Assembly: GCA_963746845.1 (NCBI GenBank)
Contig: CAVVCZ010000001.1
Span: 256,001 to 320,000 of the forward strand
Direction of reading: 5' to 3'
DNA from: an uncultured Chloroflexia bacterium
Lineage (GTDB): Bacteria > Chloroflexota > Limnocylindria > Limnocylindrales > CSP1-4
Length of the DNA: 64,000 bases
A model generated the notes under the pieces. That model worked only from the letters and a program-made list of their open reading frames with translations, was not told the DNA's origin and did no database searches. Made by a program: the position numbers and the translations under genes. Of this stretch, positions 42,281 to 50,937 are shown one piece after another. How positions within the stretch are numbered: the first letter of the stretch is position 1; every line of letters starts with the position of its first letter.

Positions 42281-42580
42281 ATGGAGTCCCATCCGTCCGT
42301 CCCTGCGGAAGCCGCCACCGTCGAGCCAGCCACCGTGGCCGAGGATCTCCCCGAGCTGTATCGGCGGATCCTCGAACGGGTCGCCGTGCTCGAGCGCCTC
42401 GGCGCGCGTTCCGAGGCCGGGCGGATCCGCGTCGAAGCCACCCGAGCCTATTCGAGCGCCTGGGACGAGACGGCTCGGCGCGGCCTGCTGGCCCTGATCA
42501 TCCGGGCCGACCGGAGCGCCGAGGCCCCCGTCCGGACCCGCGGGTGGTCGCTCCGCCGGCGATCCGCGCCGGCCCGCTGA
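42281..42580 (+). CDS. Hypothetical helical protein
   Basis: Protein-like ORF 'AEDLPELYRRILERVAVLE...AYSSAWD'; fits the gene gap. Confidence 0.6.
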   Translation: MESHPSVPAEAATVEPATVAEDLPELYRRILERVAVLERLGARSEAGRIRVEATRAYSSAWDETARRGLLALIIRADRSAEAPVRTRGWSLRRRSAPAR

Positions 42581-42614
42581 CCGCATCGCCCACCGCACTC
42601 GCTACCCTGTCGGC

Positions 42615-42923
42615 GTGGATGCCGACGCGCCCCGGATCGCCGACGCCCTCGCGACGGCAGGCGCCGCCTACGACGACCTGCTCGGGCTCGCGGAGGACGT
42701 CGAGGACGAGTGGTCGTACGTGAACGACCTCGCGGATGCGTGGCGTGGCCGGTTCGACGAGGTCGCGGCCCTCCGCGGCGGGGAGCCGGCGACGCCGGAG
42801 GTCGCGGCCGCGATGGCGGGCCTGGCCGACGAGGTCGCCCGGATCGACGACCCGCATCGCGCGATCGACTGGTTGTCGACCTTCCCGCAGATGGTCCTGA
42901 TCGCGGTCGGCGAGCGACCGTGA
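42615..42923 (+). CDS. Hypothetical acidic helical protein
   Basis: 'EDEWSYVNDL', 'DPHRAIDWLSTFPQ'; TACCCT 6 nt upstream of the GTG. Confidence 0.68.
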   Translation: MDADAPRIADALATAGAAYDDLLGLAEDVEDEWSYVNDLADAWRGRFDEVAALRGGEPATPEVAAAMAGLADEVARIDDPHRAIDWLSTFPQMVLIAVGERP

Positions 42924-42936
42924 TGGGGGCGCGGGC

Positions 42937-43638
42937 GTGAGGTTCCAGGATGCGGCGCCGGATGCCCGAGCCGTCGTCTACGCGGGGATCCAGGCCGAGC
43001 CGCTCGTGGCACGGGCGGCCGCACTGCTCGCCGATGCCGGCCCGGACCAACGGATCCTCGCCCGGGCGGTCATGAATGGATCGTCCACCGAGCCGGCGGC
43101 GTGGCGGGCGATGGCGCCGAGCCTGTTCGGGCCGGCCGCGGCCGTCCCGGGACCGGACGGCGATCGAGATCGGAGCGAGGCGATCCTCGCCGTCGCGCTC
43201 GAGGTGGCGGAGCGTGGCGAGCAGATCCGCTCCCAGGTGCGCGGCGCGATCGTCGAGGCCCTGACCGAGCTCCTCGCGGGCCGGAGGACCCCGGACGCGA
43301 GCGTCCGGCGCGAACGGCGGATCCTGTTCGACGGCGTGCGCGCCGAGATCCACCCGTATGACGTTACCGTCGAGACGAGCGGCGCATCCGAGGCCATCGA
43401 CTGCAAGTGGGGAGCGCGCGGGATCAACGCCGACGTCCTCCACCAGCTCGACGACGCGCGGTCGCACGCAGCCGACGAGGACGAACGTCTCGCTGTCACC
43501 CTCGTCGTCTTCGACGCCCGCCGGTCCTGTGACGTGCGGCTCGCCCGCGAGACGGCACCGTTCGCCGGCACCGGGCTCATCTCGCTCGAGATGCTGGACG
43601 ACCTGGCGCGCGCCCCGTCCGGACGGGCCGCGCGATGA
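42937..43638 (+). CDS. Hypothetical protein, possible restriction-endonuclease-like fold
   Basis: 'GAIVEAL', 'PYDVTV...EAIDCKWG' (D...DxK); ATGA overlap with the next gene. Confidence 0.55.
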   Translation: MRFQDAAPDARAVVYAGIQAEPLVARAAALLADAGPDQRILARAVMNGSSTEPAAWRAMAPSLFGPAAAVPGPDGDRDRSEAILAVALEVAERGEQIRSQVRGAIVEALTELLAGRRTPDASVRRERRILFDGVRAEIHPYDVTVETSGASEAIDCKWGARGINADVLHQLDDARSHAADEDERLAVTLVVFDARRSCDVRLARETAPFAGTGLISLEMLDDLARAPSGRAAR

Positions 43639-44435
43639 CGGCGTCGGCGCCCGGAACCGCTGCGGGCTGGCGGTCCTTCCACGAGACGTCGTATCGGGTC
43701 CGGTTCGACGAGGCGGGCCCGGACGGCGTCCTCCGAACGTCCGGGTACATGCGCTACGCGCAGGATCTTGCCTGGCTCCACTCCACGGCACTCGGGTTCG
43801 GGCGAGAGTGGTACGCCGAGCGCGGTCTGACCTGGCTCGTCCGGGCCGCCGAGCTGACGATCCGCGCGGATGCCCCGATGGGGACCAACGTCACGGCCCG
43901 GACCGAGGTCGTGGGCATGCGCCGGGTCTTCGCCCGCCGCCGCGGGACGTTCCGGCTTGCCGACGGCAGTCTCGCCGGCCGGGTCCACACCGACTGGGTC
44001 CTGATCGACGCACGTGGGGTCCTCACCCGCGTCCCGCCGGTGTTCGGCGAGATGTTCGGCGGCGACCAGCTCCACGACGGGGTCGGGCGGATCGCCCTGC
44101 CGCCCACGCCGCCCGACGCGTCGCGGCTGGCGCTCACCGTGCGACCGCACGAGCTGGACCCGATGGGCCACGTGAACAACGCGGTCTATCTCGACTGGTT
44201 CGAAGAGTGCCTCGCGGTGCATCCCGGCGGGGCCGCCGCGACCGCGGTTGTGCCCCGCCGCTATCGCTGCGAGTTCAGCCTGGCCGCGGAGCCGGGGGCC
44301 GCGCTCGAGGGCGCCGTCTGGCCTGACGGGGATGGCTGGAGCTTCCGTCTGATCGACGCGACGACCGGCGCGGACCTCTTCCGGGCACGGCTGGAGACGA
44401 AGGTCGAGACCACCGACGACGAGGAGGATCGATGA
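43635..44435 (+). CDS. Acyl-ACP thioesterase (double hotdog)
   Basis: 'YRVRFDEAGPDG' and second domain 'ELDPMGHVNNAVYLDW'. Confidence 0.88.
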   Translation: MTASAPGTAAGWRSFHETSYRVRFDEAGPDGVLRTSGYMRYAQDLAWLHSTALGFGREWYAERGLTWLVRAAELTIRADAPMGTNVTARTEVVGMRRVFARRRGTFRLADGSLAGRVHTDWVLIDARGVLTRVPPVFGEMFGGDQLHDGVGRIALPPTPPDASRLALTVRPHELDPMGHVNNAVYLDWFEECLAVHPGGAAATAVVPRRYRCEFSLAAEPGAALEGAVWPDGDGWSFRLIDATTGADLFRARLETKVETTDDEEDR

Positions 44436-45634
44436 CGCGGATCGTGCTGCACGGGGGCCGGCTGTTCGACGGAACGGGGAGCGAGCCGTCCGAGGCCGAT
44501 GTCGCGATCTCGGAGGGTCGGATCGTCGACGTCGGGTCCGACCTCGACGGCGACGAGCTGGTCGACGTCGCCGGCCGGACGATCCTGCCCGGCCTGTTCG
44601 ACTGCCACACCCACGTCTGCCTGTCCCACGTCGACGCGTGGAAGGTCGTCCAGGAGCCGTTCTCGCTCCAGTTCTACGACGCCGCGGAGAACCTGCGGAA
44701 GACCCTCGAGGTGGGGATCACCACGATCCGCGACGCCGGTGGCGCCGACCTCGGGATCCGGACGGCCGTCGAGCGGGGCCTGATCCCCGGTCCCCGGATG
44801 CAGATCTCGATCGTGATGCTGAGCCAGACCGGCGGGCACGGCGACGACTGGTTCCCGTCCGGTGTCGACGTCCCGCTGATGGCCAACCACCCCGGGCGAC
44901 CGTCCGGGATCGTCGACGGCGCCGATGCCGTCCGGCGGAAGGTCCGCGAGCTGCACCGGATGGGCGCCGACGTCATCAAGGTCGCGACGTCCGGCGGCGT
45001 CCTGTCGCCGCGCGACGATCCGCGCCACGCTCACTTCCGGCCGGCCGAGCTCGAGGCGCTCGTCGAGGAGGCGACGGCCGCCGGGATGTACGTCATGGCC
45101 CATGCCCAGGGCGCCGACGGGATCAAGAACGCGGTCCGGGCGGGCATCCGCTCGATCGATCACGGGATCTACCTCGACGACGAGGCGATCGAGCTGATGC
45201 TCCGCCACGGGACCTGGTTCGTGCCGACCCTCGTGGCCCCGCAGGGCGTGCTCGACGCCGTCGACGCCGGCGTGCCCCTTCCGCCGGCGGTCGTCGACAA
45301 GGCCCGGATGGTGCTTGACATCCACCGGGCCGCGTTCCGGAAGGCCGTCGAGGCCGGCGTCCGGATCGCGATGGGGACCGACTCCGGCGTGACGCCCCAC
45401 GGACGGAACCTCCGCGAGCTCGCCCTGATGCAGGCCGGCGGGATGACCCCCGCCGCGGTCCTCGAGGCGACGACGCGGAGCGCCGCCCAGCTCCTCGGCG
45501 TGGACGCGACGCTCGGGACCGTCGAGCCAGGCAAGATCGCCGACCTCGTCGTGCTCGCCGGCGACCCGTTCGACTTTGCCGGGATGGCCGAGCGGGTCGA
45601 GGGAGTCTGGAAGGACGGCGTTCGCGTCATCTGA
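44432..45634 (+). CDS. Metal-dependent amidohydrolase (prolidase-like)
   Basis: 'PGLFDCHTH', 'TTIRDAGG', 'IKVATSGGV', 'AHA', 'SIDHG', 'GTDSG', 'GKIADLVV'. Confidence 0.92.
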   Translation: MTRIVLHGGRLFDGTGSEPSEADVAISEGRIVDVGSDLDGDELVDVAGRTILPGLFDCHTHVCLSHVDAWKVVQEPFSLQFYDAAENLRKTLEVGITTIRDAGGADLGIRTAVERGLIPGPRMQISIVMLSQTGGHGDDWFPSGVDVPLMANHPGRPSGIVDGADAVRRKVRELHRMGADVIKVATSGGVLSPRDDPRHAHFRPAELEALVEEATAAGMYVMAHAQGADGIKNAVRAGIRSIDHGIYLDDEAIELMLRHGTWFVPTLVAPQGVLDAVDAGVPLPPAVVDKARMVLDIHRAAFRKAVEAGVRIAMGTDSGVTPHGRNLRELALMQAGGMTPAAVLEATTRSAAQLLGVDATLGTVEPGKIADLVVLAGDPFDFAGMAERVEGVWKDGVRVI

Positions 45635-45653
45635 CGCGTGCCACAATCCGTCC

Positions 45654-46934
45654 ATGGCGATCGCCGAGCCGGCCGCATCCGAATCCCTCCACCAGACCTG
45701 GCAGGCCCGGACGCCGCGGTCCGCCGCGCTGTTCGAGCGAGCCGGGCGGGTCCTGCCCGGTGGCTCGACCCGGACCACGGTCTTCGCGCCGCCGTACCCG
45801 CCGTACCTGACGGGTGGCTCCGGCATCCACGTCCACGACGTCGACGGGAACGACTACCGCGACTTCCTGGGCAACTACACGTCCCTGATCCTCGGGCACG
45901 CCCACCCCGCGGTGGTGGCCGCGGTCGAGGCGCAAGTCCGGCGCGGGTCGGCCTTCGGCGCCCCGAGCGAGCTCGAGATCGCCCTCGCCGAGGAGCTCGT
46001 CCGCCGGATCGATTCGGTCGAGCGGGTGCGCTTCACGAACTCCGGCACCGAGGCCACGATGTTCGCGATCCGGGCCGCCCGCGCGGTGACCGGTCGGTCG
46101 CTCGTCGGGATCTTCGAGCGGGCCTACCACGGGACCCACGACACGGTCGTCGCCGGCTCGCCGGGGGTGCCCGGCCCCGTCGGGGAGCTCGTCGTCACGC
46201 TGCCGTGGGACGACCCGGAGGGCGTCGATCGCGCGCTGGCGGGCCACGAATCGGACCTGGCGGCGATCGTCATCGAGCCGATCCAGGGTGCCGGCGGCGT
46301 GCGTGCCGCCGCGCCGGAGCTACTCGCGCATCTCCGGGCCGTCTGCGACCGGATCGGAGCGCTGCTGATCTTCGACGAGGTCATCTCGTTCCGGGCCGCA
46401 CCGGGTGGCGCCCAGTCGCTGACCGGCGTCCGGCCGGACCTCACGACGCTCGGCAAGATCATCGGCGGCGGGTACCCGCTCGCGGCGTTCGGGGGCGCGG
46501 CCGGGATCATGGACCGGTTCGACGCCCGGCGATCGGGCGCGCTGACCCACGGCGGGACGTTCAACGGAAACCCGGTCGGGGCGGCCGCCGGTCTCGCGAC
46601 CCTCGCGCAGCTGCCTCCATCGGTCTACGACGAGCTCGCGATGCGGGCGACGCGACTCCGGGAGACCGTCGCGGCACGAGCGGCGGCCGCCAGTGTCCCC
46701 GTCCGGGTCGACACCGCGGCGTCGCTCTTCCAGGTCCGGCTCGGCGACCACACCGCCGCCTCGGCCGTCGCCACGGGCACGGGCGCGGCCGACCTGTTCG
46801 TCCGGCTCCTCCTCGCCGGCTTCTACCTGGCCCCGCGGGGGATGGGCGCGATCGCGACCCCCGCAACCGACGCCGACGTCGACGATCTCGCCGGTGCGAT
46901 CGTCGAGGCGGCCGCGTCGGTGCCGACCGGCTGA
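45654..46934 (+). CDS. Class III aminotransferase, glutamate-1-semialdehyde aminomutase-like
   Basis: 'DVDGNDY.DF', 'RFTNSGTEATM', 'YHG', 'LIFDEV', 'GKIIGGG', 'HGGTFNGNP'. Confidence 0.88.
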   Translation: MAIAEPAASESLHQTWQARTPRSAALFERAGRVLPGGSTRTTVFAPPYPPYLTGGSGIHVHDVDGNDYRDFLGNYTSLILGHAHPAVVAAVEAQVRRGSAFGAPSELEIALAEELVRRIDSVERVRFTNSGTEATMFAIRAARAVTGRSLVGIFERAYHGTHDTVVAGSPGVPGPVGELVVTLPWDDPEGVDRALAGHESDLAAIVIEPIQGAGGVRAAAPELLAHLRAVCDRIGALLIFDEVISFRAAPGGAQSLTGVRPDLTTLGKIIGGGYPLAAFGGAAGIMDRFDARRSGALTHGGTFNGNPVGAAAGLATLAQLPPSVYDELAMRATRLRETVAARAAAASVPVRVDTAASLFQVRLGDHTAASAVATGTGAADLFVRLLLAGFYLAPRGMGAIATPATDADVDDLAGAIVEAAASVPTG

Positions 46935-46951
46935 GGGATCGGAGGCGGAAG

Positions 46952-47389
46952 ATGCGGACGAACCTGTCGATGGCCGATCTCGGGGACCTCCTCGAGCGGC
47001 CGATCCTCGCGGTCATGGCGACCCGCCGGCCGGACGGGACGGCGATGCTCTCGCCGGTCTGGTACGAGTGGGATGGCGACGCCATCGTGATCTGGACCAC
47101 CGGACCCACCGAGGGCAAGAACCGCCACCTCGCCGCCGATCCACACACGACCGTCGTGATCGCCGAGCCGGTGATGCCCTATCGCGGGCTCGAGGTGACC
47201 GGTTGGGCCGAGCTGACCTCCGAGGGGTTCGACGCCGCCGTTCGGCGGATCAGCGCACGCTACGTGAGCCAGGCCGAGGCCGACCAGCTGGCCGCAGGGT
47301 TCGAGCAGCCTGGCACGCTCATCCGGATCCATCCGGACCGGCTGCGCGCCTGGGACTTCGTCGACGAGTGGAACGAGGCGCCGGCCTGA
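46952..47389 (+). CDS. PPOX-class (flavin/F420-binding) pyridoxamine 5'-phosphate oxidase-like protein
   Basis: 'ATRRPDG...SPVWY', 'KNRHLAADP', 'YRGLEV.G'. Confidence 0.85.
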   Translation: MRTNLSMADLGDLLERPILAVMATRRPDGTAMLSPVWYEWDGDAIVIWTTGPTEGKNRHLAADPHTTVVIAEPVMPYRGLEVTGWAELTSEGFDAAVRRISARYVSQAEADQLAAGFEQPGTLIRIHPDRLRAWDFVDEWNEAPA

Positions 47390-47422
47390 CGGGCCCCGCC
47401 GGCCTGAACCGCGCCGGTTCCG

Positions 47423-47884
47423 TCAGCCCTCGCCGGCTCGCCAGGAGGTGTAGATCGGCGGCCAGTCGTCGGCGGTCGGACGGCGGCCAAGGAGCGCGTG
47501 CTCGATGTCGAGCTCGAGGAGCCGATAGCCGTCGCCGTGAGCGTCGAAGGCCCAGGCCGCGTGCGCGTGCTCGCGGAGCGTTGGGTCTGTGACGTCGCGA
47601 GACCGCCCGCGGACGGCGAACTCGTCGGGCGCCGCCGGGTCGACGTGGGTGTGGAGGGCAAAGCGCGGGTCGACGGCCAGGTCCCGGGCCTTCGCGGAGC
47701 GGGCCTGGATGAAGGTCAGCAAGCGACCGTCCACGATCTCGGCGTAGACCGGGTTGATCCGCGGCGGCTGTCCGTCCCGGATGGTTGCCAGGAGGCCCTC
47801 GCCGATCCCGGATCGGGTCAGCAGGCGGCGGCCGGTCGCCGCCATGTCCGGGTTCGCGGTCTCCAGGTCGTGCCAGGTGGCCAT
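47423..47884 (-). CDS. Pyridoxamine 5'-phosphate oxidase-related protein
   Basis: 'LATIR.G.PPRINPV', 'SAKARDLAVDPRFALH', 'EFAVRG'. Confidence 0.8.
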   Translation of the reverse strand: MATWHDLETANPDMAATGRRLLTRSGIGEGLLATIRDGQPPRINPVYAEIVDGRLLTFIQARSAKARDLAVDPRFALHTHVDPAAPDEFAVRGRSRDVTDPTLREHAHAAWAFDAHGDGYRLLELDIEHALLGRRPTADDWPPIYTSWRAGEG

Positions 47885-47895
47885 GCGTCCTCCGG

Positions 47896-48024
47896 TCAGC
47901 TGAGTGTCGTCGTCAGGCGATCATCGGCGAATCCGTCCCGGCTCTCTGCGCCGAACAGCACGGCGGCGATGTCGAGCGCGATGAGTGCGGCCACCGCCGC
48001 GACGAGTGTGATCAGGGCTTCCAT
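47896..48024 (-). CDS. 42-aa small membrane peptide
   Basis: AAGGAG RBS; MEALITLVAAVAALIALDIAAVLFGAESRDGFADDRLTTTLS (one TM plus GAESRDG). Confidence 0.7.
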   Translation of the reverse strand: MEALITLVAAVAALIALDIAAVLFGAESRDGFADDRLTTTLS

Positions 48025-48106
48025 GAATGGGCTCCTTCGGTCGTTGTGCGGTCCGGTGCTGATGCCATGGTCGCTTGCAACCGGTCCTCTGGTAAGGTCC
48101 GGTTCG

Positions 48107-50017
48107 ATGACGAGAACGAAGACCAGTTCGGCACTGGAGCTCCTGCTCCAGCTCGACCGCGCCGGCCCCGATCCCCTCCATCGCCAGGTGGAGCGGGCGA
48201 TCCGTGGCGCCATCCGCGACGGGCGTCTCGAGGCCGGCACGGCCCTGCCGTCCAGCCGAGCGCTCGCGTTGCAGCTGATGGTCTCCCGCGGCATCGTCGT
48301 GGAGGCCTATGAGCAGCTCGTTGCGGAGGGATACGTCGTCAGCCGGCCCGGTGGATCCACCCGGGTCGCGCGCTCCGCGGCCGTGGCGGAACCGTCCCGC
48401 ATCCAGCTGGAGCCGGCGTCGTACGCCTGCGACTTCCGTCCGGGACGGCCCGAGGTCCGCGAGTTCCCGCGCACCGCCTGGCTTCGTGCGCTGCGCCGCG
48501 TTCTCGCCACCTCCCCGAGCGAACGGCTGACGTATGGGGCCGGTCACGGCATGCCGGAGCTCCGAACGGCGCTCGCCGGGTACCTCAACCGGGTCCGTGG
48601 CACGGCCGCAGATCCGGCCGACGTCATCGTCTGCACCGGGTTCGCCCAGGGCCTCTGGCTCGTCGCGCGGGCGCTCGCCGCAACCGGCGCGCGGGTCGTG
48701 GCCGTCGAGGACCCATCGGACGCGGAGTACCGGCGGACGATCGAGGCGAGCGGTCTTCGATGGGTCGCGATCCCCGTCGACGACGGCGGGATGCGCGTCG
48801 ACGCGCTGGCCGCCACCGACGCGGATGCGGTCGTGGTGACGGCCGTCCATCAGTACCCGACCGGCGCGGTGCTCGCGCCCGACCGGCGCACCGCGCTCGT
48901 CGACTGGGCGGAGCGGCGGGCCGCGACGATCATCGAGGACGACTACGACGCGGAGTTCCGCTACGACCGCGAGCCGATCGGGGCGATCCAGGGCCTGAGC
49001 CCCGGCCGGGTCGTCTACGCCGGCTCGGCGAGCAAGATCCTGGCCCCGGGCCTCCGGCTCGGGTGGCTCGTCGCCCCGCCGTCGCTGGTCGAGCCGATCG
49101 CCGCCGCGAAGGTGGCCGCGGACATGGGCTCCGCGGCGCTCGACCAGCTCGCGTTCGCCGACATGCTGGAGCACGGCGAGCTCGACCATCACCTGCGGAA
49201 GATGCGGCCGATCTACCGCCGGCGACGGGACACGCTCCTCGCGGCGCTCGCGCGGCATCTGCCCGATCTGCGGCCCACCGGGGCGTCGGCCGGGCTCCAC
49301 GTCCTCGCCTGGCTGCCTCCGGACCTCCGGATCGACGAAGTCACGATCCTCGCCGCCGCCGACCGGGAGGGGATCGCGCTGGCCGGGCTCGCGTCCCGCC
49401 GGGTGGCGCCGGGCCCGGCCGGCCTGGTCTTCGGGTACGGGGCGATCGACGACGCAGCGATCGACGACGGCGTCCGCTCCCTGGCGGGGGTGATCGCCCG
49501 GCTGAGGACGGACCCCGATCCGGACCGACCGATCGTCGCCGTCTACGGCACCCTGCGACGGGGCGAGCGGAACCACGCCGCTGATCGCGAGTGCCGAGTC
49601 GCTCGGGCCGGCCACGACCGCAGGCCGCTTGTGGGGCCTCCGCTCGAGCGCGGAACGGTCCTACGGCTATCCGGCGCTCGTCCACGACGCGGACGGACGC
49701 GTCGCCGTGGAGCTCTACCGGTTGCGGGATCATGCCCACCTCGCTCAGCTCGACGCGCTCGAGGCGTACGACCCGGACGACGAGCCGGGCTCCGAGTACC
49801 TGCGCCGACGGGTGGCCGTGGCCGACGGACCGGTTCCATCCGCCTGGGCGTACCGCCTGGCCGGGTCGATCCCTCCGTCCGCCGAGGCGATCCCCGACGG
49901 CGACTGGACCCGTCACGACCGCGACCGATGAGTTCCCGGCGCGAGCGTTGTCTCGATGGGTGGCGCCCGGAGCAATTGCTCCCGGCGCCTCCGCTGTCCC
50001 GCTCGGCGCGCGGTTGA
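48107..50017 (+). CDS. MocR/GabR-family PLP-dependent regulator running into a GGCT domain; ORF as read is out of frame after ~49577
   Basis: wHTH 'LPSSRALA...VSRGIVVEAYEQLVAEGY'; AAT domain 'IIEDDYDAEFRY', 'GSASKILAPGLRLGW'; TAAGGT 8 nt before ATG 48107. Confidence 0.88.
   Translation: MTRTKTSSALELLLQLDRAGPDPLHRQVERAIRGAIRDGRLEAGTALPSSRALALQLMVSRGIVVEAYEQLVAEGYVVSRPGGSTRVARSAAVAEPSRIQLEPASYACDFRPGRPEVREFPRTAWLRALRRVLATSPSERLTYGAGHGMPELRTALAGYLNRVRGTAADPADVIVCTGFAQGLWLVARALAATGARVVAVEDPSDAEYRRTIEASGLRWVAIPVDDGGMRVDALAATDADAVVVTAVHQYPTGAVLAPDRRTALVDWAERRAATIIEDDYDAEFRYDREPIGAIQGLSPGRVVYAGSASKILAPGLRLGWLVAPPSLVEPIAAAKVAADMGSAALDQLAFADMLEHGELDHHLRKMRPIYRRRRDTLLAALARHLPDLRPTGASAGLHVLAWLPPDLRIDEVTILAAADREGIALAGLASRRVAPGPAGLVFGYGAIDDAAIDDGVRSLAGVIARLRTDPDPDRPIVAVYGTLRRGERNHAADRECRVARAGHDRRPLVGPPLERGTVLRLSGARPRRGRTRRRGALPVAGSCPPRSARRARGVRPGRRAGLRVPAPTGGRGRRTGSIRLGVPPGRVDPSVRRGDPRRRLDPSRPRPMSSRRERCLDGWRPEQLLPAPPLSRSARG
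49529..49931 (+). pseudogene. Gamma-glutamylcyclotransferase (AIG2-like) domain split by a +1 frameshift
   Basis: 'VAVYGTLRRGERNH' is in the MocR frame. The remainder 'PLIASAESLG...YPALV...VELY...LDALEAY...EYLRR' is in the +1 frame from 49578. Confidence 0.75.
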
Positions 50018-50199
50018 CCGCCGCGCGACCGCGGAGCAAGATGCGATCCGGCGCCGTCCCGCGCCCGACCTCCATCCCGGCGCTCACGCCGCCGGCCCGG
50101 GAGGTAGAGGTGGCTCTGCCATCGGGATCGTGATCGTCGTCGCCCTTCGGAGGGGCATCGGGAGCGTGGGTCCCGGGCCTGCCGCCGCAAGGAGCTGAC
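50014..50199 (+). promoter_or_regulatory. Promoter plus ~150-nt structured 5' leader (candidate cis-regulatory RNA)
   Basis: TTGACC-N17-CAAGAT; nested stems ACCTC/GAGGT, TCCC/GGGA and GGCG-CTCA-CGCC; TTCG- and GCAA-containing hairpins, the last overlapping the AAGGAG RBS. Confidence 0.5.
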
Positions 50200-50937
50200 A
50201 TGACCACCCAGAAGGCCCTCAAGCGCCGCGTCCGGACGCGCATGTCGAAGACCGGCGAGGCGTACGCCGCCGCGCGCCGCCAGGTCCTGGCCCGGGCCCC
50301 GGAGCCGGAGCCGCCCGCCGAGGAGGCCGCCCCGTCGCCCGCCGAGGCGGCCCGAACCGGGACGACCCGGACCTCGTCTGACGAGGCCGTTCTCGCCCGG
50401 ACGGGTCGGCGACGAGCCGAGTGGTTCGCGCTGCTCGACGCCTGGGGTGCCGCCGATCGATCCCACCGCGACATCGCCCGTTGGCTCGCGACCGAGCACG
50501 AGGTCGATGGCTGGTGGGCGCAGGAGGTGACGGTCGACTACGAGCGGGCCATCGGCCGGCGACAGGTCGGCGAGCACCTCGACGGCTTCTCGATCACCGT
50601 CTCGCGGACGATCGGCGTCCCCGTCGAGCGGCTGTTCGACGCCTTCGTCGAGGCGGACCTTCGGGCGCGCTGGCTGCCGGACGTCGAGCTGACCGTCCGG
50701 ACGGCGACACCCCACCGGACCGCACGATTCGACGTGGGCGGCGGGCCGACCCGGCTCGCGATCGGCTTCACCGCCAAGGGCCCCGACCGCAGCACCGTGG
50801 CCATGGAGCACGCACGCATCCCCGACGCGGACGCGGCCGAGCGCTGGAAGGCGAGCTGGCGCGACCGGTTCGCCGACCTGAAGGGAGCCCTCGAGGGCGC
50901 GGACGTCGCGACCGCCGGGCGCGGGCCGGCGGGTTGA
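50200..50937 (+). CDS. Protein with basic N-terminal helix, DUF4287-like middle and SRPBCC/AHSA1-like C-terminal domain
   Basis: 'KALKRRVRTRMSKTGEAYAAARR', 'RTGR..AEWFALLD', 'EHEVDGWWAQ', 'SRTI.VPVERLFDAF', 'VAMEH'. Confidence 0.75.
   Translation: MTTQKALKRRVRTRMSKTGEAYAAARRQVLARAPEPEPPAEEAAPSPAEAARTGTTRTSSDEAVLARTGRRRAEWFALLDAWGAADRSHRDIARWLATEHEVDGWWAQEVTVDYERAIGRRQVGEHLDGFSITVSRTIGVPVERLFDAFVEADLRARWLPDVELTVRTATPHRTARFDVGGGPTRLAIGFTAKGPDRSTVAMEHARIPDADAAERWKASWRDRFADLKGALEGADVATAGRGPAG

Noticed and set aside
45654-46934. Assignment as hemL
   Set aside because: GSA-aminomutase-like, but shortened after YHG and with no heme genes nearby; more likely a paralogue
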